A stretch of 64,000 nucleotides of DNA from Bacteroidetes bacterium GWF2_43_63 (GCA_001769275.1 MEOQ01000029.1:19219-83218), one strand, 5' to 3'; shown: positions 25,501 to 34,222, numbered from the stretch's first letter. The notes: a model not told the origin generated them from the sequence alone. Program-made: numbers and translations.

Positions 25501-26091
25501 TCTGGTGTTGTAAAAGATCTGCAGGAAAAGCGAGATAAAAACGAAAATATGTATTCGGCTTTCACGCTGTTTGATTATTCCGGCGAAATTACACTGCGTG
25601 CATTTAAGGATGATTATATCAAATATAAATCGGTGCTCGAAAACGGACAGAAAGTTTTTGTGCATGCCAAGGTCGATGCCGGAAGGTTCGGCCGTGACCC
25701 GGATTCGCGTGAATTACGACTGCAAAGTATATCAAAGCTGGCTGGCTATTTCGATCAGAAAATTGCAGCTGTTTTATTTCACGTTCCAATGGCTGAAATA
25801 TCAGCAGAAAGTACGCGGAGAATCGATGAAATTTTGAACGCCCATGCCGGAAATATAGCCATCAGATTTCTCCTGATGGACCCCGAAAATAAAGAGGTGG
25901 TCAAGCTCAGCAATCCGTATTTGAAAACAGATATTGCAGGAATTTCATTGATTGCCGATCTTGAGTTTGTGAATGGGTATGATGTAAGAAGCATTATTCT
26001 GAGTTCTGAGATTCCATTCCGAAAAAAGATGACCGAAGTGGTTGTTGCAGAAATCCCGGAAGAAGTAAATACTGATGAATATCAGGAATAG
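22543..26091 (+). CDS. dnaE: DNA polymerase III alpha subunit
   Basis: 1182 aa. PHP domain FVHLHLHTIYSVLDGA, palm/fingers GPGRGSAAGS...PDIDVDF and an OB-fold C-terminal region. Confidence 0.98.
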   Translation: MSQFVHLHLHTIYSVLDGAANIKKLLKRAAALNMNSVAVTDHGQMFGILEFVTEAKKAGIKPIIGCETYVARNSMDQTTAKEDRSGHHLILLAKNMQGYRNLVKLISQANLKGFFYTPRIDKDLLSKYHEGLIACSACLGGEIPQLIMNRSEEEALKSIEWYKSLFGDDYYLEMMDHGLPEQKQVNEVLVRLSQKSGVKLIATNDVHYVNKEDFEAHKILIRINTNKDDNDDLYYTGNEYLKSYDEMLALFGDHPEALANTVEISDKVEEFSIEHDVMLPAYPTPKEFSSDFEYMAHLALEGVKGRYADFNDEIKDRLDFELATIEKMGFAGYFLIVQDYIRKAREMGVLVGPGRGSAAGSIVAYGLGITNIDPIKYNLLFERFLNPDRISMPDIDVDFDDYGRDSVIDYVINQYGADKVSQIITFGKLGAKSSIRDVARVMGVELSLSNRIAKLIPDGPKVTLDDAMRNKDFEDLYNSNQDVKKVVDIARTLDGNVRSTGVHACGVIIGREDLSNYVPMARAKDSILPLVQYDGSLVEKAGLLKMDFLGLKTLSIIKDALELIEARHKKKIDIDNISLEEEKTYKLYQKGETIGTFQFESEGMRSWLKKLKPTHIEDLIAMNALFRPGPMGFIPNFIARKHGAEKVEYPHSLAETVLQDTYGIMIYQEQIMLLSQRLANFTKGKADELRKAMGKKKMDLIDKLRSEFIEGAKANGIEKALANDIYDTMAKFGEYGFNKSHSAAYTVLAYQTAWLKANYPPEYMAAVLGHNLNDLKKVTFYINECRRMGIAVLGPDVNESLLKFSVNKENQIRFGLAALKNVGESAAQSIIDERNTNGNYTEINDFFKRNNFRNVNKRALESLAMAGSFDNMNTHRAQFFHTDQDGVVFLEKMTKHASQMQEKLNSQQASLFGEMEEATFPAMEMPECLRWNLDDKLAKELDVAGFYISGHPLDEFVDEVTHFSTHQIQEISDGLDVMKVGTDLLFSGVVKDLQEKRDKNENMYSAFTLFDYSGEITLRAFKDDYIKYKSVLENGQKVFVHAKVDAGRFGRDPDSRELRLQSISKLAGYFDQKIAAVLFHVPMAEISAESTRRIDEILNAHAGNIAIRFLLMDPENKEVVKLSNPYLKTDIAGISLIADLEFVNGYDVRSIILSSEIPFRKKMTEVVVAEIPEEVNTDEYQE

Positions 26092-26128
26092 CAAACTAAA
26101 ACTGGTTTGGATTTACGGTTAAATTGCG

Positions 26129-26136
26129 TAATTTTG
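26129..26136 (+). promoter_or_regulatory. -7 box TAATTTTG upstream of trxA
   Basis: 30 nt upstream of ATG 26167. Confidence 0.45.
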
Positions 26137-26166
26137 TAATTGTTCTAACTTTAAAATATAGTATTT

Positions 26167-26484
26167 ATGGCACATCAATTCACCGATGCTGATTTTGAAA
26201 AAGACGTCCTGCAGAGCGACGTTCCTGTTATTGTTGATTTTTGGGCAGAGTGGTGCGGTCCATGTCGCATGATTGGGCCTATCATCGAAGAGCTTGGAAA
26301 TGATTATGCCGGCAAAGCAAAAGTCGGCAAAGTGAATGTGGATGAAAATCCGCAAATCACTTCGCAATTCGGCATCCGGAATATTCCCACTGTTTTATTT
26401 TTCAAAGGCGGACAGCTTGTTGACAAACATGTTGGCGCTGCATCGAAAAGAACATTTGAAGAAAAACTACAGAAGCTGCTTTGA
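26167..26484 (+). CDS. trxA: thioredoxin
   Basis: 105 aa with active site [10 protein letters not shown]. Confidence 0.96.
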   Translation: MAHQFTDADFEKDVLQSDVPVIVDFWAEWCGPCRMIGPIIEELGNDYAGKAKVGKVNVDENPQITSQFGIRNIPTVLFFKGGQLVDKHVGAASKRTFEEKLQKLL

Positions 26485-27407
26485 TAGATTGGAATGACAA
26501 CAGGCTGCAGCAGTTCGGGTATCTCGGATTGCGCGCACGTCAGGTAGTAGAAGGATTTATAACGGGGCTTCACAAGAGCCCCTTTCATGGTTTTTCGGTT
26601 GAATTTTCCGAACATCGGCAATACAATTCGGGAGAGAGCACGCGCTTTATCGACTGGAAACTTTTTGCCAGAAGCGAAAAACTTTTTATCAAACGTTTCG
26701 AAGAAGAGACCAACCTGCGCTGTCGTATTATCATTGACGGCTCTGCATCGATGCTCTTTCCCGGCGACAGCAGCAAACCGCAGGAACTGCAAAGCAAATA
26801 TCATTTTTCGGTATTTCTGGCAGCTGTTTTCATGATCATTTTCCGTCAGCAGCGCGATGCTGTTGGATTGTCATTGATCAACAAGGAGCTCGAAACACAC
26901 ACTGCTGCGAAATCCACGTTTATTCATCATCAGTATCTGATGAGTATTCTGGAAAAGCATCTTGAGAAAATTAAAAAGGAACCGGCTCCCGAAACGCAGC
27001 TGGTACCGGCATTGCATGAGATTGCCGAACGAATTCATCGTCGCTCCATGGTCATCATTTTCAGCGATCTGTTCGATGCTGCGCACGATCCCGATGCCTT
27101 GCTTGATGCACTGCAACATCTCCGGCATAATGGCAACGAAGTGATTGTTTTTCACACGCTCGATAAAAAGTTCGAAGAAGATTTTGAATTCGGGAATATG
27201 CCGCATAAATTTATTGATCTGGAAAACCGCTCTGTGATTAAAATCAGGCCGGCCGAAGTCAGAGAAATGTATCAGAAGAATTTCGCAAAACTCATGAGTG
27301 AAATTCGCACAAAATCGCCTCAGTACGGAGTCGATTATGTTGAGGCTGATTTGAATGCCGGACTGGAAGGTGTTCTACTTCCGTTCTTCGCCCGCCGTAG
27401 AATGTGA
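26481..27407 (+). CDS. DUF58 family protein (MoxR-system-associated, vWA-like)
   Basis: 308 aa. [48 protein letters not shown] is the DUF58 core. There is no in-frame ATG before this core, so the TTG at 26481 (overlapping the trxA stop) is the likely start. Confidence 0.82.
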   Translation: MIDWNDNRLQQFGYLGLRARQVVEGFITGLHKSPFHGFSVEFSEHRQYNSGESTRFIDWKLFARSEKLFIKRFEEETNLRCRIIIDGSASMLFPGDSSKPQELQSKYHFSVFLAAVFMIIFRQQRDAVGLSLINKELETHTAAKSTFIHHQYLMSILEKHLEKIKKEPAPETQLVPALHEIAERIHRRSMVIIFSDLFDAAHDPDALLDALQHLRHNGNEVIVFHTLDKKFEEDFEFGNMPHKFIDLENRSVIKIRPAEVREMYQKNFAKLMSEIRTKSPQYGVDYVEADLNAGLEGVLLPFFARRRM

Positions 27408-28706
27408 TTCAGCAAGCTTCTTATAATATTTCATTCTTGTGTATAAGTACACAATAGTAAGTATCAAAATCATAAAAAATCCCAGCAGCAGTCCTGTGAA
27501 AAGTGTTTTTCCAGCTGATTGTTTCAATTCCGTTGCACTGTTTTCATTAATCGCTTTGCTGGATATTTGAGCTGGAAGTCCGACTGATGCAGCCATTTTC
27601 TGATATTTCAGCGCTTCTTCAAATTCCCCAAGGGCCGAATAGTTTTCACTCAGTTGTTGCAAAATTGTTCTAAGTCCCGACAAATAATTCATATCCGCCG
27701 CAAATTCGTATGCATTCAGCAAGTACTGATTCGCTTCTTCATATTTTTTGTTTTTTGAAAGAATAAAACCTTGTTGCATGAGCGCGTCGCAGGCCAACAA
27801 ATTATTATCGGTTTCCACACATCGGTTCAGGGCTTCAAAAAGATAAAACTCCGCGCTATCCGGTTTATTCTCATCGCTCAGGAGTTTGGAGTAAAATATT
27901 TGTGCATTTATAAGTTCAATATCATTTTTGTTCTGTTTGCTTAAGTCAATGGCTTTCACAATAAATTTTCGGGCCTGTGCAAAATCGCTGCTAATCCGGT
28001 AATTGTCGCCCAGATTTGAAAGAACCATTGATAGGTGCTGACTGTCGTTGACCAGGGTGAAATATCCGAGCGCTTTTTGATAAAACTCATTGCCTTTAAG
28101 CTTATTGCCGGCTTCGGAATAGGCACTGCCGATATTGATCCAGGTTTGCGCTTCGCCAAATGCATTGCCGGTGGTGCGTTCGAAATCGCCTGAAAGTCTG
28201 TAGTATTCAATGGCTTTTGGATAATCACCGTTAATCTGAAAAATCTGACCGAGGTTGTTTAATCCATAGGCCATTCCTGAAGTATCTTTTAGCGATCGAT
28301 CAATATTCAGACTGACGGTGTAATACTTTTCAGCTTGCTTAAAATTGCTCAACTGATAATATACCATTCCGGTATTATTGGCTGCGGCTGACATTCCGGC
28401 TGCATTATTGAGCAATTTATAAAACCGGTAACTTTTTTTGAAAGAAGCAATAGCAATGTCGTATTGACTAAGGTAGTACTGAGCTAAGCCAATGTTGATG
28501 AGACTTTCGGCCATTGTCAGCGTATCCGATTGCTTTTCTGAAACTTTATATGCAGCTTCCGCAATGCTTAAACTCGTTTGCATGTCTGATTGCCTAAATT
28601 CGACAGCCAGTACGTTCAGAGAGTCGGCAGCGGATATATTTTCCTGAGCATCGACAGTAAGTGATGTCCAGACAATAAGCAATATTATTGTAAAAATATT
28701 TTTCAT
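27375..28706 (-). CDS. TPR-repeat protein with signal peptide and C-terminal TM anchor
   Basis: ATG 28706 gives MKNIFTIILLIVWTSLTVDAQ and has a -7 box 6 nt upstream. About 8 TPR-like repeats. C-terminal TM segment LFTGLLLGFFMILILTIVYLY with only a ~20-aa tail. Confidence 0.8.
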   Translation of the reverse strand: MKNIFTIILLIVWTSLTVDAQENISAADSLNVLAVEFRQSDMQTSLSIAEAAYKVSEKQSDTLTMAESLINIGLAQYYLSQYDIAIASFKKSYRFYKLLNNAAGMSAAANNTGMVYYQLSNFKQAEKYYTVSLNIDRSLKDTSGMAYGLNNLGQIFQINGDYPKAIEYYRLSGDFERTTGNAFGEAQTWINIGSAYSEAGNKLKGNEFYQKALGYFTLVNDSQHLSMVLSNLGDNYRISSDFAQARKFIVKAIDLSKQNKNDIELINAQIFYSKLLSDENKPDSAEFYLFEALNRCVETDNNLLACDALMQQGFILSKNKKYEEANQYLLNAYEFAADMNYLSGLRTILQQLSENYSALGEFEEALKYQKMAASVGLPAQISSKAINENSATELKQSAGKTLFTGLLLGFFMILILTIVYLYTRMKYYKKLAESHSTAGEERK

Positions 28707-28712
28707 GAAAAA

Positions 28713-28720
28713 CAAAAATA
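28713..28720 (-). promoter_or_regulatory. -7 box TATTTTTG upstream of the TPR gene
   Basis: CAAAAATA on the plus strand, 6 nt upstream of ATG 28706. Supports the shorter start. Confidence 0.45.
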
Positions 28721-28800
28721 CAACCTTTTTGGGGAATAATATCGATTTCAATTTTGTCGTGTAACTACGTGAATAATAGATAATAGGAGCACTTATTGAA

Positions 28801-28831
28801 AATTGGAGGTCGCAAATTGCGTCCTCCAATT
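28801..28831. repeat. 31-nt near-palindrome upstream of the ORF6N gene
   Basis: aattggaggtcgcaa-a-ttgcgtcctccaatt differs at 2 positions from the perfect palindrome at 29166-29196. Confidence 0.9.
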
Positions 28832-28961
28832 TAGAGCGATTTGCGTATTTTAGTTGAATTGAAAAGCGACAACAAATGATTACAAATATTTATATCCGAC
28901 AGTAAATACTTAATAACCGAATAATTATGTAAACAGGTAGTTATTTTGCAATAAAAACGCC

Positions 28962-29498
28962 ATGAAGACAGAAACCATCTCAGTATTCCCGGACGAAATT
29001 ATCCTGAATAAAATATTTCTTATCCGGGGCAAAAAAGTGATGATCGACCGTGACCTGGCTGAAATGTACGATGTAGAGACAAAAAGATTAAAGGAGGCGG
29101 TTAAACGAAATATTGAACGCTTTCCAAAGGACTTTATGTTTGAAATGAATAAAAGGGAATTTAAAAATTGGAGGTCGCAATTTGCGACCTCCAATTCCGA
29201 CAACATGGGTCTACGCTATGCTCCGTGCTGTTTTACAGAGCAGGGGGTCACCATGTTGGCTTGTATCCTAAATAGTAAGAGAGCAATCGACGTAAATATC
29301 AGGATTATTCGCGTTTTTACACGCATGCGTGAAATGATAATGACTAACAAAGATATCCTTCTTAAACTTGAGCAGCTCGAAACTCAGGTTTTGCGAAGCA
29401 GCGACGACATACAACTGATCTTTTCTGCATTGAAGCAATTGCTTACACAGCCAGAGGTTCCCCGAAAAAAAATTGGATTCAAACAATCCTGTACGTGA
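28962..29498 (+). CDS. ORF6N-domain DNA-binding protein (KilA-N-related)
   Basis: 178 aa. IRGKKVMIDRDLAEMYDVETKRLKEAVKRNIERFPKDFMFEM...NWRSQFATSN...RYAPCCFTEQGVTMLA...RAIDVNIRIIRVF matches the ORF6N family pattern. Confidence 0.85.
   Translation: MKTETISVFPDEIILNKIFLIRGKKVMIDRDLAEMYDVETKRLKEAVKRNIERFPKDFMFEMNKREFKNWRSQFATSNSDNMGLRYAPCCFTEQGVTMLACILNSKRAIDVNIRIIRVFTRMREMIMTNKDILLKLEQLETQVLRSSDDIQLIFSALKQLLTQPEVPRKKIGFKQSCT
29166..29196. repeat. 31-nt perfect palindrome inside the ORF6N CDS
   Basis: aattggaggtcgcaa-t-ttgcgacctccaatt. Encodes NWRSQFATSN. Confidence 0.9.
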
Positions 29499-29500
29499 CG

Positions 29501-31120
29501 TTATTCAATAATTATTTTAGTTGAAAAAACAATTCCATTTTTGTTTAAAACAGCTGCTTTCAGCACACAATTACTGGAGTTTGAAAACCTGACAACTCTT
29601 ACTTCATTTAGCTGTGGAGTAGCCGTGATGCAGCCTCCCTCGATACTCCAAAACACTTTTTCAATTCCGGTGCTTGGCGTGATTGAATATTCATTATTTG
29701 TAGTTTTTTCCAAATTGAAAGTATCTCTTAAAATCTGCGCATTCAGGAAACTATCGATGGCATGATGAATTAATTTTAAATCGGAAGTATATTTATTATT
29801 TTCATCAATCTGAGGTTCATGATTTCCACCTGAGATTTTAAGCAGGGTGACAGGGAATCCAATAGATGAAGTTTTCTCAAATATGGGTCCTGAACCATAG
29901 ACTTTTTTAGAGAAAAAAGAGGAGTATTCTTCACCGACATTTTTGAAAGGATAATCATATCCGTATGGAACGATATTATCTGAATCACCGTGAATAAGCA
30001 GCATGGGAGTCTTTTCAAATTCATCAATCATTTCTATATCAGTAAGGGCTCCCCACATATTTATTACTCCTTTCAGGCGGAATTTGTCCTTGTAATTGTT
30101 TCCAGAGCAATCGAGACATCCCAGGTCGTCCTGCAGCATCAGCAGGTTTCCATCAACACTTTCAAATGATTCAGAATCAGCCATGAATGCTGTTTTCATC
30201 GCAATGAATCCGCCCGCACTGTTTCCGGCAACAAAGATGTGATTTGTGTCGATCCTGTATTTTTTATTGTTTTTTACAAGCCACCGGAATGCGGCACGGG
30301 TATCCTGAATAGCTCTGTAGATGCATCGTTCGAGATTTGAATATGCGCCGGGAATAAACAAATATCCGAGTCTGTAATTGATGCTCGCCACTACGTATCC
30401 AAGCTTTGCATAATGAATTGCGAGTTTTTGCTGTAGTTTATCGCGCTTGTCGCCAACAATAAATGCACCACCATGAATCAGCATCAGCAGCGGTCTTGAT
30501 GAAACCGTGTCGCCTTTTGGCTGATAGATGTCCATTTTTAATGAAAGGTCGTCGGTAAACAAATTATTGCCGAGTTCATTCAAAACCTCCGAAATAATAT
30601 CAGGATAGGATTCGTAATTCATTTTAGAAATCGGCTTCGACTGATAAAAGCCCGATGCTTTGCCGTATGTGACCTCGCTGCGCTGAATGGTGTCGAAAAC
30701 GGCTTCAACATATCTGTTGCCAAAGGCTGGAATTGTATATTCGGGTTGCAAAAAGAAGGTGCTCTTTTCTTTTTTATTTGAGTTGTTTATAAAAACCAGT
30801 TTATCCGATTCAATAATCCATTTTCCATTTTGAGAGATCTCAAATTGGGGCAAACGAACATGAATCGAGTTATTTGAAATTTCAATTTTACCGGGAGTTA
30901 CGCTTAATGTGTTTTCATCCGCAAATGCAGTGCCTGACGCTGTTTGCTTATCGACTTCCTCAAATTTTAAAAAAAGTTTTCTGCTATCAAAAGTGCCAGA
31001 GTAATATCTGCGAATATTAATTTTTGAAAAATCAGCAACAGGGGTCCTGTCGCAGGCGTGAATTGCAATCACGATCAGCGTAAAATAAAAATATGACTTT
31101 ATCGCATTCGAAAATCGCAT
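29501..31120 (-). CDS. alpha/beta-hydrolase lipoprotein (HGG-type carboxylesterase/lipase family)
   Basis: ATG 31120 gives MRFSNAIKSYFYFTLIVIAIHAC and has a TATGTTTG box 3 nt upstream (the track start 31126 is TTG). Contains LMLIHGGAFIVGD (oxyanion HGG), VAGNSAGG (GxSxG) and LIHGDSD. Confidence 0.82.
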   Translation of the reverse strand: MRFSNAIKSYFYFTLIVIAIHACDRTPVADFSKINIRRYYSGTFDSRKLFLKFEEVDKQTASGTAFADENTLSVTPGKIEISNNSIHVRLPQFEISQNGKWIIESDKLVFINNSNKKEKSTFFLQPEYTIPAFGNRYVEAVFDTIQRSEVTYGKASGFYQSKPISKMNYESYPDIISEVLNELGNNLFTDDLSLKMDIYQPKGDTVSSRPLLMLIHGGAFIVGDKRDKLQQKLAIHYAKLGYVVASINYRLGYLFIPGAYSNLERCIYRAIQDTRAAFRWLVKNNKKYRIDTNHIFVAGNSAGGFIAMKTAFMADSESFESVDGNLLMLQDDLGCLDCSGNNYKDKFRLKGVINMWGALTDIEMIDEFEKTPMLLIHGDSDNIVPYGYDYPFKNVGEEYSSFFSKKVYGSGPIFEKTSSIGFPVTLLKISGGNHEPQIDENNKYTSDLKLIHHAIDSFLNAQILRDTFNLEKTTNNEYSITPSTGIEKVFWSIEGGCITATPQLNEVRVVRFSNSSNCVLKAAVLNKNGIVFSTKIIIE

Positions 31121-31123
31121 GTA

Positions 31124-31131
31124 CAAACATA
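31124..31131 (-). promoter_or_regulatory. -7 box TATGTTTG upstream of the esterase gene
   Basis: CAAACATA on the plus strand, 3 nt upstream of ATG 31120. Confidence 0.4.
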
Positions 31132-31214
31132 AGAAAATTTCATGTTCGAAACAATTGTAAGTTGAAGGGCGACTACAATGAGTCGAAATAAATGAAAGAT
31201 GTAAGATCTGAAAA

Positions 31215-33044
31215 TCAGATCACAACCAGTACCACTCTCAATTTCTCCAATTCTTTTAATAATGCAAGAATTGTCTGTTTGGTATTTTCGAGTTCAATTT
31301 CAAACTGAGAGATCAGGATATTGAAACGGCCTTTCATATTTTTGAGAAGACCTGAGTAATACTCAATCCCATCAATCATATTCTGAGAGAACGACTGAAT
31401 TGATTTTGGCTGAATCTGATTATTTTGATTCTTTAACGACTCGAATTTTTGCTGGAGTGTGTCGAGATACATGCGCAGTTCATTGATGAACATGTGAGGC
31501 CGGTCTGTCCTTGTAATAACATTGGTGCGACCATAAATATGATCGGTCATTTCCTGCAATGTCATTTCCTTTGAGAAATAGGCCAGATTCGGACCGGGGC
31601 AAACAGAAACGCCATCGCCTTCGAGCTTTGTGTCAAGGTCATTTACAAGCAAAGCCGAAGTCCCCAATCCTACGCAAATACATGCTTTTTCGACAATCTT
31701 CCTGTATTCAACTGCATATTCTTCAGGAGACAGATTCTTATCGTCGAGTTCCTTGATTTTTGCAGCCTGATAAGTATTTGATCCGGCGCAAATATTATTG
31801 CCGGTTTTGTCAACATTGAGAGCCAGATTTTTCTTATGGCATGGACTTCCGGGCTTACCGCTTTTAATGCGTTCCTCTTGTTCAATTTCCTTGCTGTTAC
31901 CTCTCAGATTATTGAAAAGAACACCTAAAGGGGAGACGGTGCTCAGGTAAAGATCTTTTTCTTTAGCTTCCATCATTTTCTGCAAAGTGAAATCATCGAC
32001 ATTGGTCACTTCGGGTACGAGCAGAAAGGGAGTACCCCAGCCGATGGAATCAAGCTGGTAGTATTCGAGTAAAAAATCATGTTCTTCAGATGTACCAACG
32101 CCACCCTGTGCGGTAATACGCATGGGCAGGCTTTCAGGAACCGGAAGATTTTTCGAAGCAAGCGCTTCCTGAAGAATTGAAAAAACAGTTTGATACAGCT
32201 CTCCACGATTATTCTTAAACTCTTCAAGGATGGGCCCCATCAGAAATCCATCAGTTGCAAAAGCATGTCCGCCGCAGTTCAATCCTGATTCCATGCGGTA
32301 TTCCGACACCCAGATTCCTTTTTTTGCCAGAAATTTTCCCTGAATAATTGCCGAGCGATAGTCGCTGACCTTGATGGTTACTTTCTTGCGGATATGTCCT
32401 TTTTCATCGGGAAAAAAGTCACTGAATTGCTGAATATATCCATAAAGCGAAGGATTCATTCCAGCCGAAAATACGATTGATGATTCCAGATCACTGTTGG
32501 CAAATCCGCGCAAAGCTGAATGTGCATCGTTTCGATCTGAGGGCAGCCGTTCTCCGTTTTTGTAATTGATTTTATCAAGCTTGGTCATGATGTTTACATC
32601 AATGCTTCCAAGGGTGAGATTGTCTTTCAACCACTGACGTGTTGCATCCTGCGAAGGATTTGTCTGCCGGAAAGCTTTGAAACGTTTGTCCAGTTCTGAA
32701 TCTGGTGGAAGTAAGCTGAAATATTTTTCAACAGAAACCGGGCTGTTAATCAGCTGATCAAAACGTTTTTCAACAATAAATTTTAAAAGATTGAGATATG
32801 CTGTAGTTCTTTTTGCCCTGCAATCATCATCCGTACGGCTGATTTCTTCGTAGGGCTGACTGTGAACAGCGCATAATTTCTTGCGTAGTCTTTCCATCAA
32901 TCCGTCATCAAGCAGCGAAGCAACTGTGTCAATGCCATAAGGCGCAACACGGGTTGCTGCATCAATGGTGAAACCAATTCCCATGACAGGGATGTGAAAG
33001 GAGTGTGCTTTTATTTCTGGAGTGTGAGTTGGGGAAGTGTTCAT
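31215..33044 (-). CDS. conserved-looking hypothetical protein, 609 aa, possible FMN/TIM-barrel oxidoreductase-like core
   Basis: Long clean ORF with an ATG start. ESGLNCGGHAF and ITAQGGVGTSEE resemble the E.GGH and AAGGI motifs of nitronate monooxygenase/FabK-type TIM barrels. The C-terminal ~200 aa are Cys-rich (CHKKN..NICAG, CICVGLG, VSVCPGP). Function not established. Confidence 0.7.
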   Translation of the reverse strand: MNTSPTHTPEIKAHSFHIPVMGIGFTIDAATRVAPYGIDTVASLLDDGLMERLRKKLCAVHSQPYEEISRTDDDCRAKRTTAYLNLLKFIVEKRFDQLINSPVSVEKYFSLLPPDSELDKRFKAFRQTNPSQDATRQWLKDNLTLGSIDVNIMTKLDKINYKNGERLPSDRNDAHSALRGFANSDLESSIVFSAGMNPSLYGYIQQFSDFFPDEKGHIRKKVTIKVSDYRSAIIQGKFLAKKGIWVSEYRMESGLNCGGHAFATDGFLMGPILEEFKNNRGELYQTVFSILQEALASKNLPVPESLPMRITAQGGVGTSEEHDFLLEYYQLDSIGWGTPFLLVPEVTNVDDFTLQKMMEAKEKDLYLSTVSPLGVLFNNLRGNSKEIEQEERIKSGKPGSPCHKKNLALNVDKTGNNICAGSNTYQAAKIKELDDKNLSPEEYAVEYRKIVEKACICVGLGTSALLVNDLDTKLEGDGVSVCPGPNLAYFSKEMTLQEMTDHIYGRTNVITRTDRPHMFINELRMYLDTLQQKFESLKNQNNQIQPKSIQSFSQNMIDGIEYYSGLLKNMKGRFNILISQFEIELENTKQTILALLKELEKLRVVLVVI

Positions 33045-33279
33045 TTGAAATACTTTTTTTTTGGCCTTTTAATGTTCGGCCATGAACAGATTAGAAAGAT
33101 ATGATTTTTTCGTCTGTTTGGGGATAATCATACCTCTTTTCAGCGCAAAGGTAAACATTTATTCTGAAACTGGCTTAAACCCTGCTTAAATATGCCAATT
33201 GGCTTACAGCGCATTTATTGAAGTGTTTTGGGGTATGTTGCTTGCGTTTTAGCGAAATTTAATTGCCTGATTAACAAGA

Positions 33280-34161
33280 TTATAAAATGTTCATTTTTTC
33301 AATATTTTTCGAAACTTCTTCCATTAGCCACATTGGAGTTGAAGTCGCGCCACAAATTCCAACACTGTCGGTGGCCCGAAACCATTCCTTTTTAAGTTGC
33401 GTAACATCGGAAATCATGTAACAACGGTGATTTACCTCCTGGCAAATGCTGAACAGAAACTGACCGTTTGAGCTTTTAATCCCGCTGACAAAAATCACGA
33501 TATCGTGTTCAGATGCAAATTTCCGTAATTGCGGAACCCTTTTCGAAACAAGGCGGCAAATGGTATTGTTGATGGTGAGACTTTTGTCCGGATCGATTCC
33601 GGATTTAATCATTGTCTGTTTGATTGCTTCAGCTACCTGATAAAATCCGTTTTCATCCTTGGTCGTTTGAGAAAATAATACGATGGGCTTTGTAAAATCA
33701 ATGCCAGTGAGATTGTCCGGCGAGCTGATTATAATTGCTTTATCGCTGATCTGACCATTGAGCCCAATGACTTCAGCATGCCCGTGTTTGCCGTAAATCA
33801 CAACCTGACCATTCTGAGCCGACATTTGATCAAATCCGGTAATGATTCTTTTCTGCAACTTGAGTACAACCGGACAGGAATAATCGAGCAGCGTCAGATT
33901 GTTTTGACGGGCAATTTCATAAGTCGAGGGTGGCTCTCCGTGCGCTCTTATGAGAACCCGCTCGTTTTTTAGCGATTTAAATTGGTCATAAGTAATTACT
34001 TCCAGACCAAGGTTGCGCAAACGATCCATTTCGGAACTATTGTGCACCAGATCGCCAAGACAATATAGTCTTTTGCTCTGCCTGAGTTCTTTCTCAGCAG
34101 CCTGAATGGCCGAAGTAACGCCCGAGCAAAATCCGGATTTATTGTCGATTGTGATTTTCAT
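33280..34161 (-). CDS. ispH: 4-hydroxy-3-methylbut-2-enyl diphosphate reductase
   Basis: ATG 34161 gives MKITIDNKSGFCSGVTSAIQAAE..., the typical IspH/LytB start. Contains LGDLVHN and HGEPP. The track extension to 34233 runs through repeat family B. Confidence 0.93.
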   Translation of the reverse strand: MKITIDNKSGFCSGVTSAIQAAEKELRQSKRLYCLGDLVHNSSEMDRLRNLGLEVITYDQFKSLKNERVLIRAHGEPPSTYEIARQNNLTLLDYSCPVVLKLQKRIITGFDQMSAQNGQVVIYGKHGHAEVIGLNGQISDKAIIISSPDNLTGIDFTKPIVLFSQTTKDENGFYQVAEAIKQTMIKSGIDPDKSLTINNTICRLVSKRVPQLRKFASEHDIVIFVSGIKSSNGQFLFSICQEVNHRCYMISDVTQLKKEWFRATDSVGICGATSTPMWLMEEVSKNIEKMNIL

Positions 34162-34193
34162 TGCTATTACGAAGGTACGCAATTTTGCCAAAT

Positions 34194-34222
34194 CCCTCGA
34201 AGGGTTCCAAACCCTTCGAGGG
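34194..34222. repeat. REP-like family B palindrome
   Basis: ccctcgaagggttccaaacccttcgaggg, 28 of 29 identical to 62471-62499. Confidence 0.9.

Noticed and set aside
28707-28829. N-terminal extension of the TPR ORF. Similar extensions occur at 22453-22560, 34162-34233, 21158-21175, 31121-31126, 63895-63903, 9318-9371 and 11142-11180.
   Set aside because: The extensions begin at TTG/GTG or run through repeats or promoter boxes. The downstream ATG gives a canonical signal peptide or family-typical N-terminus.
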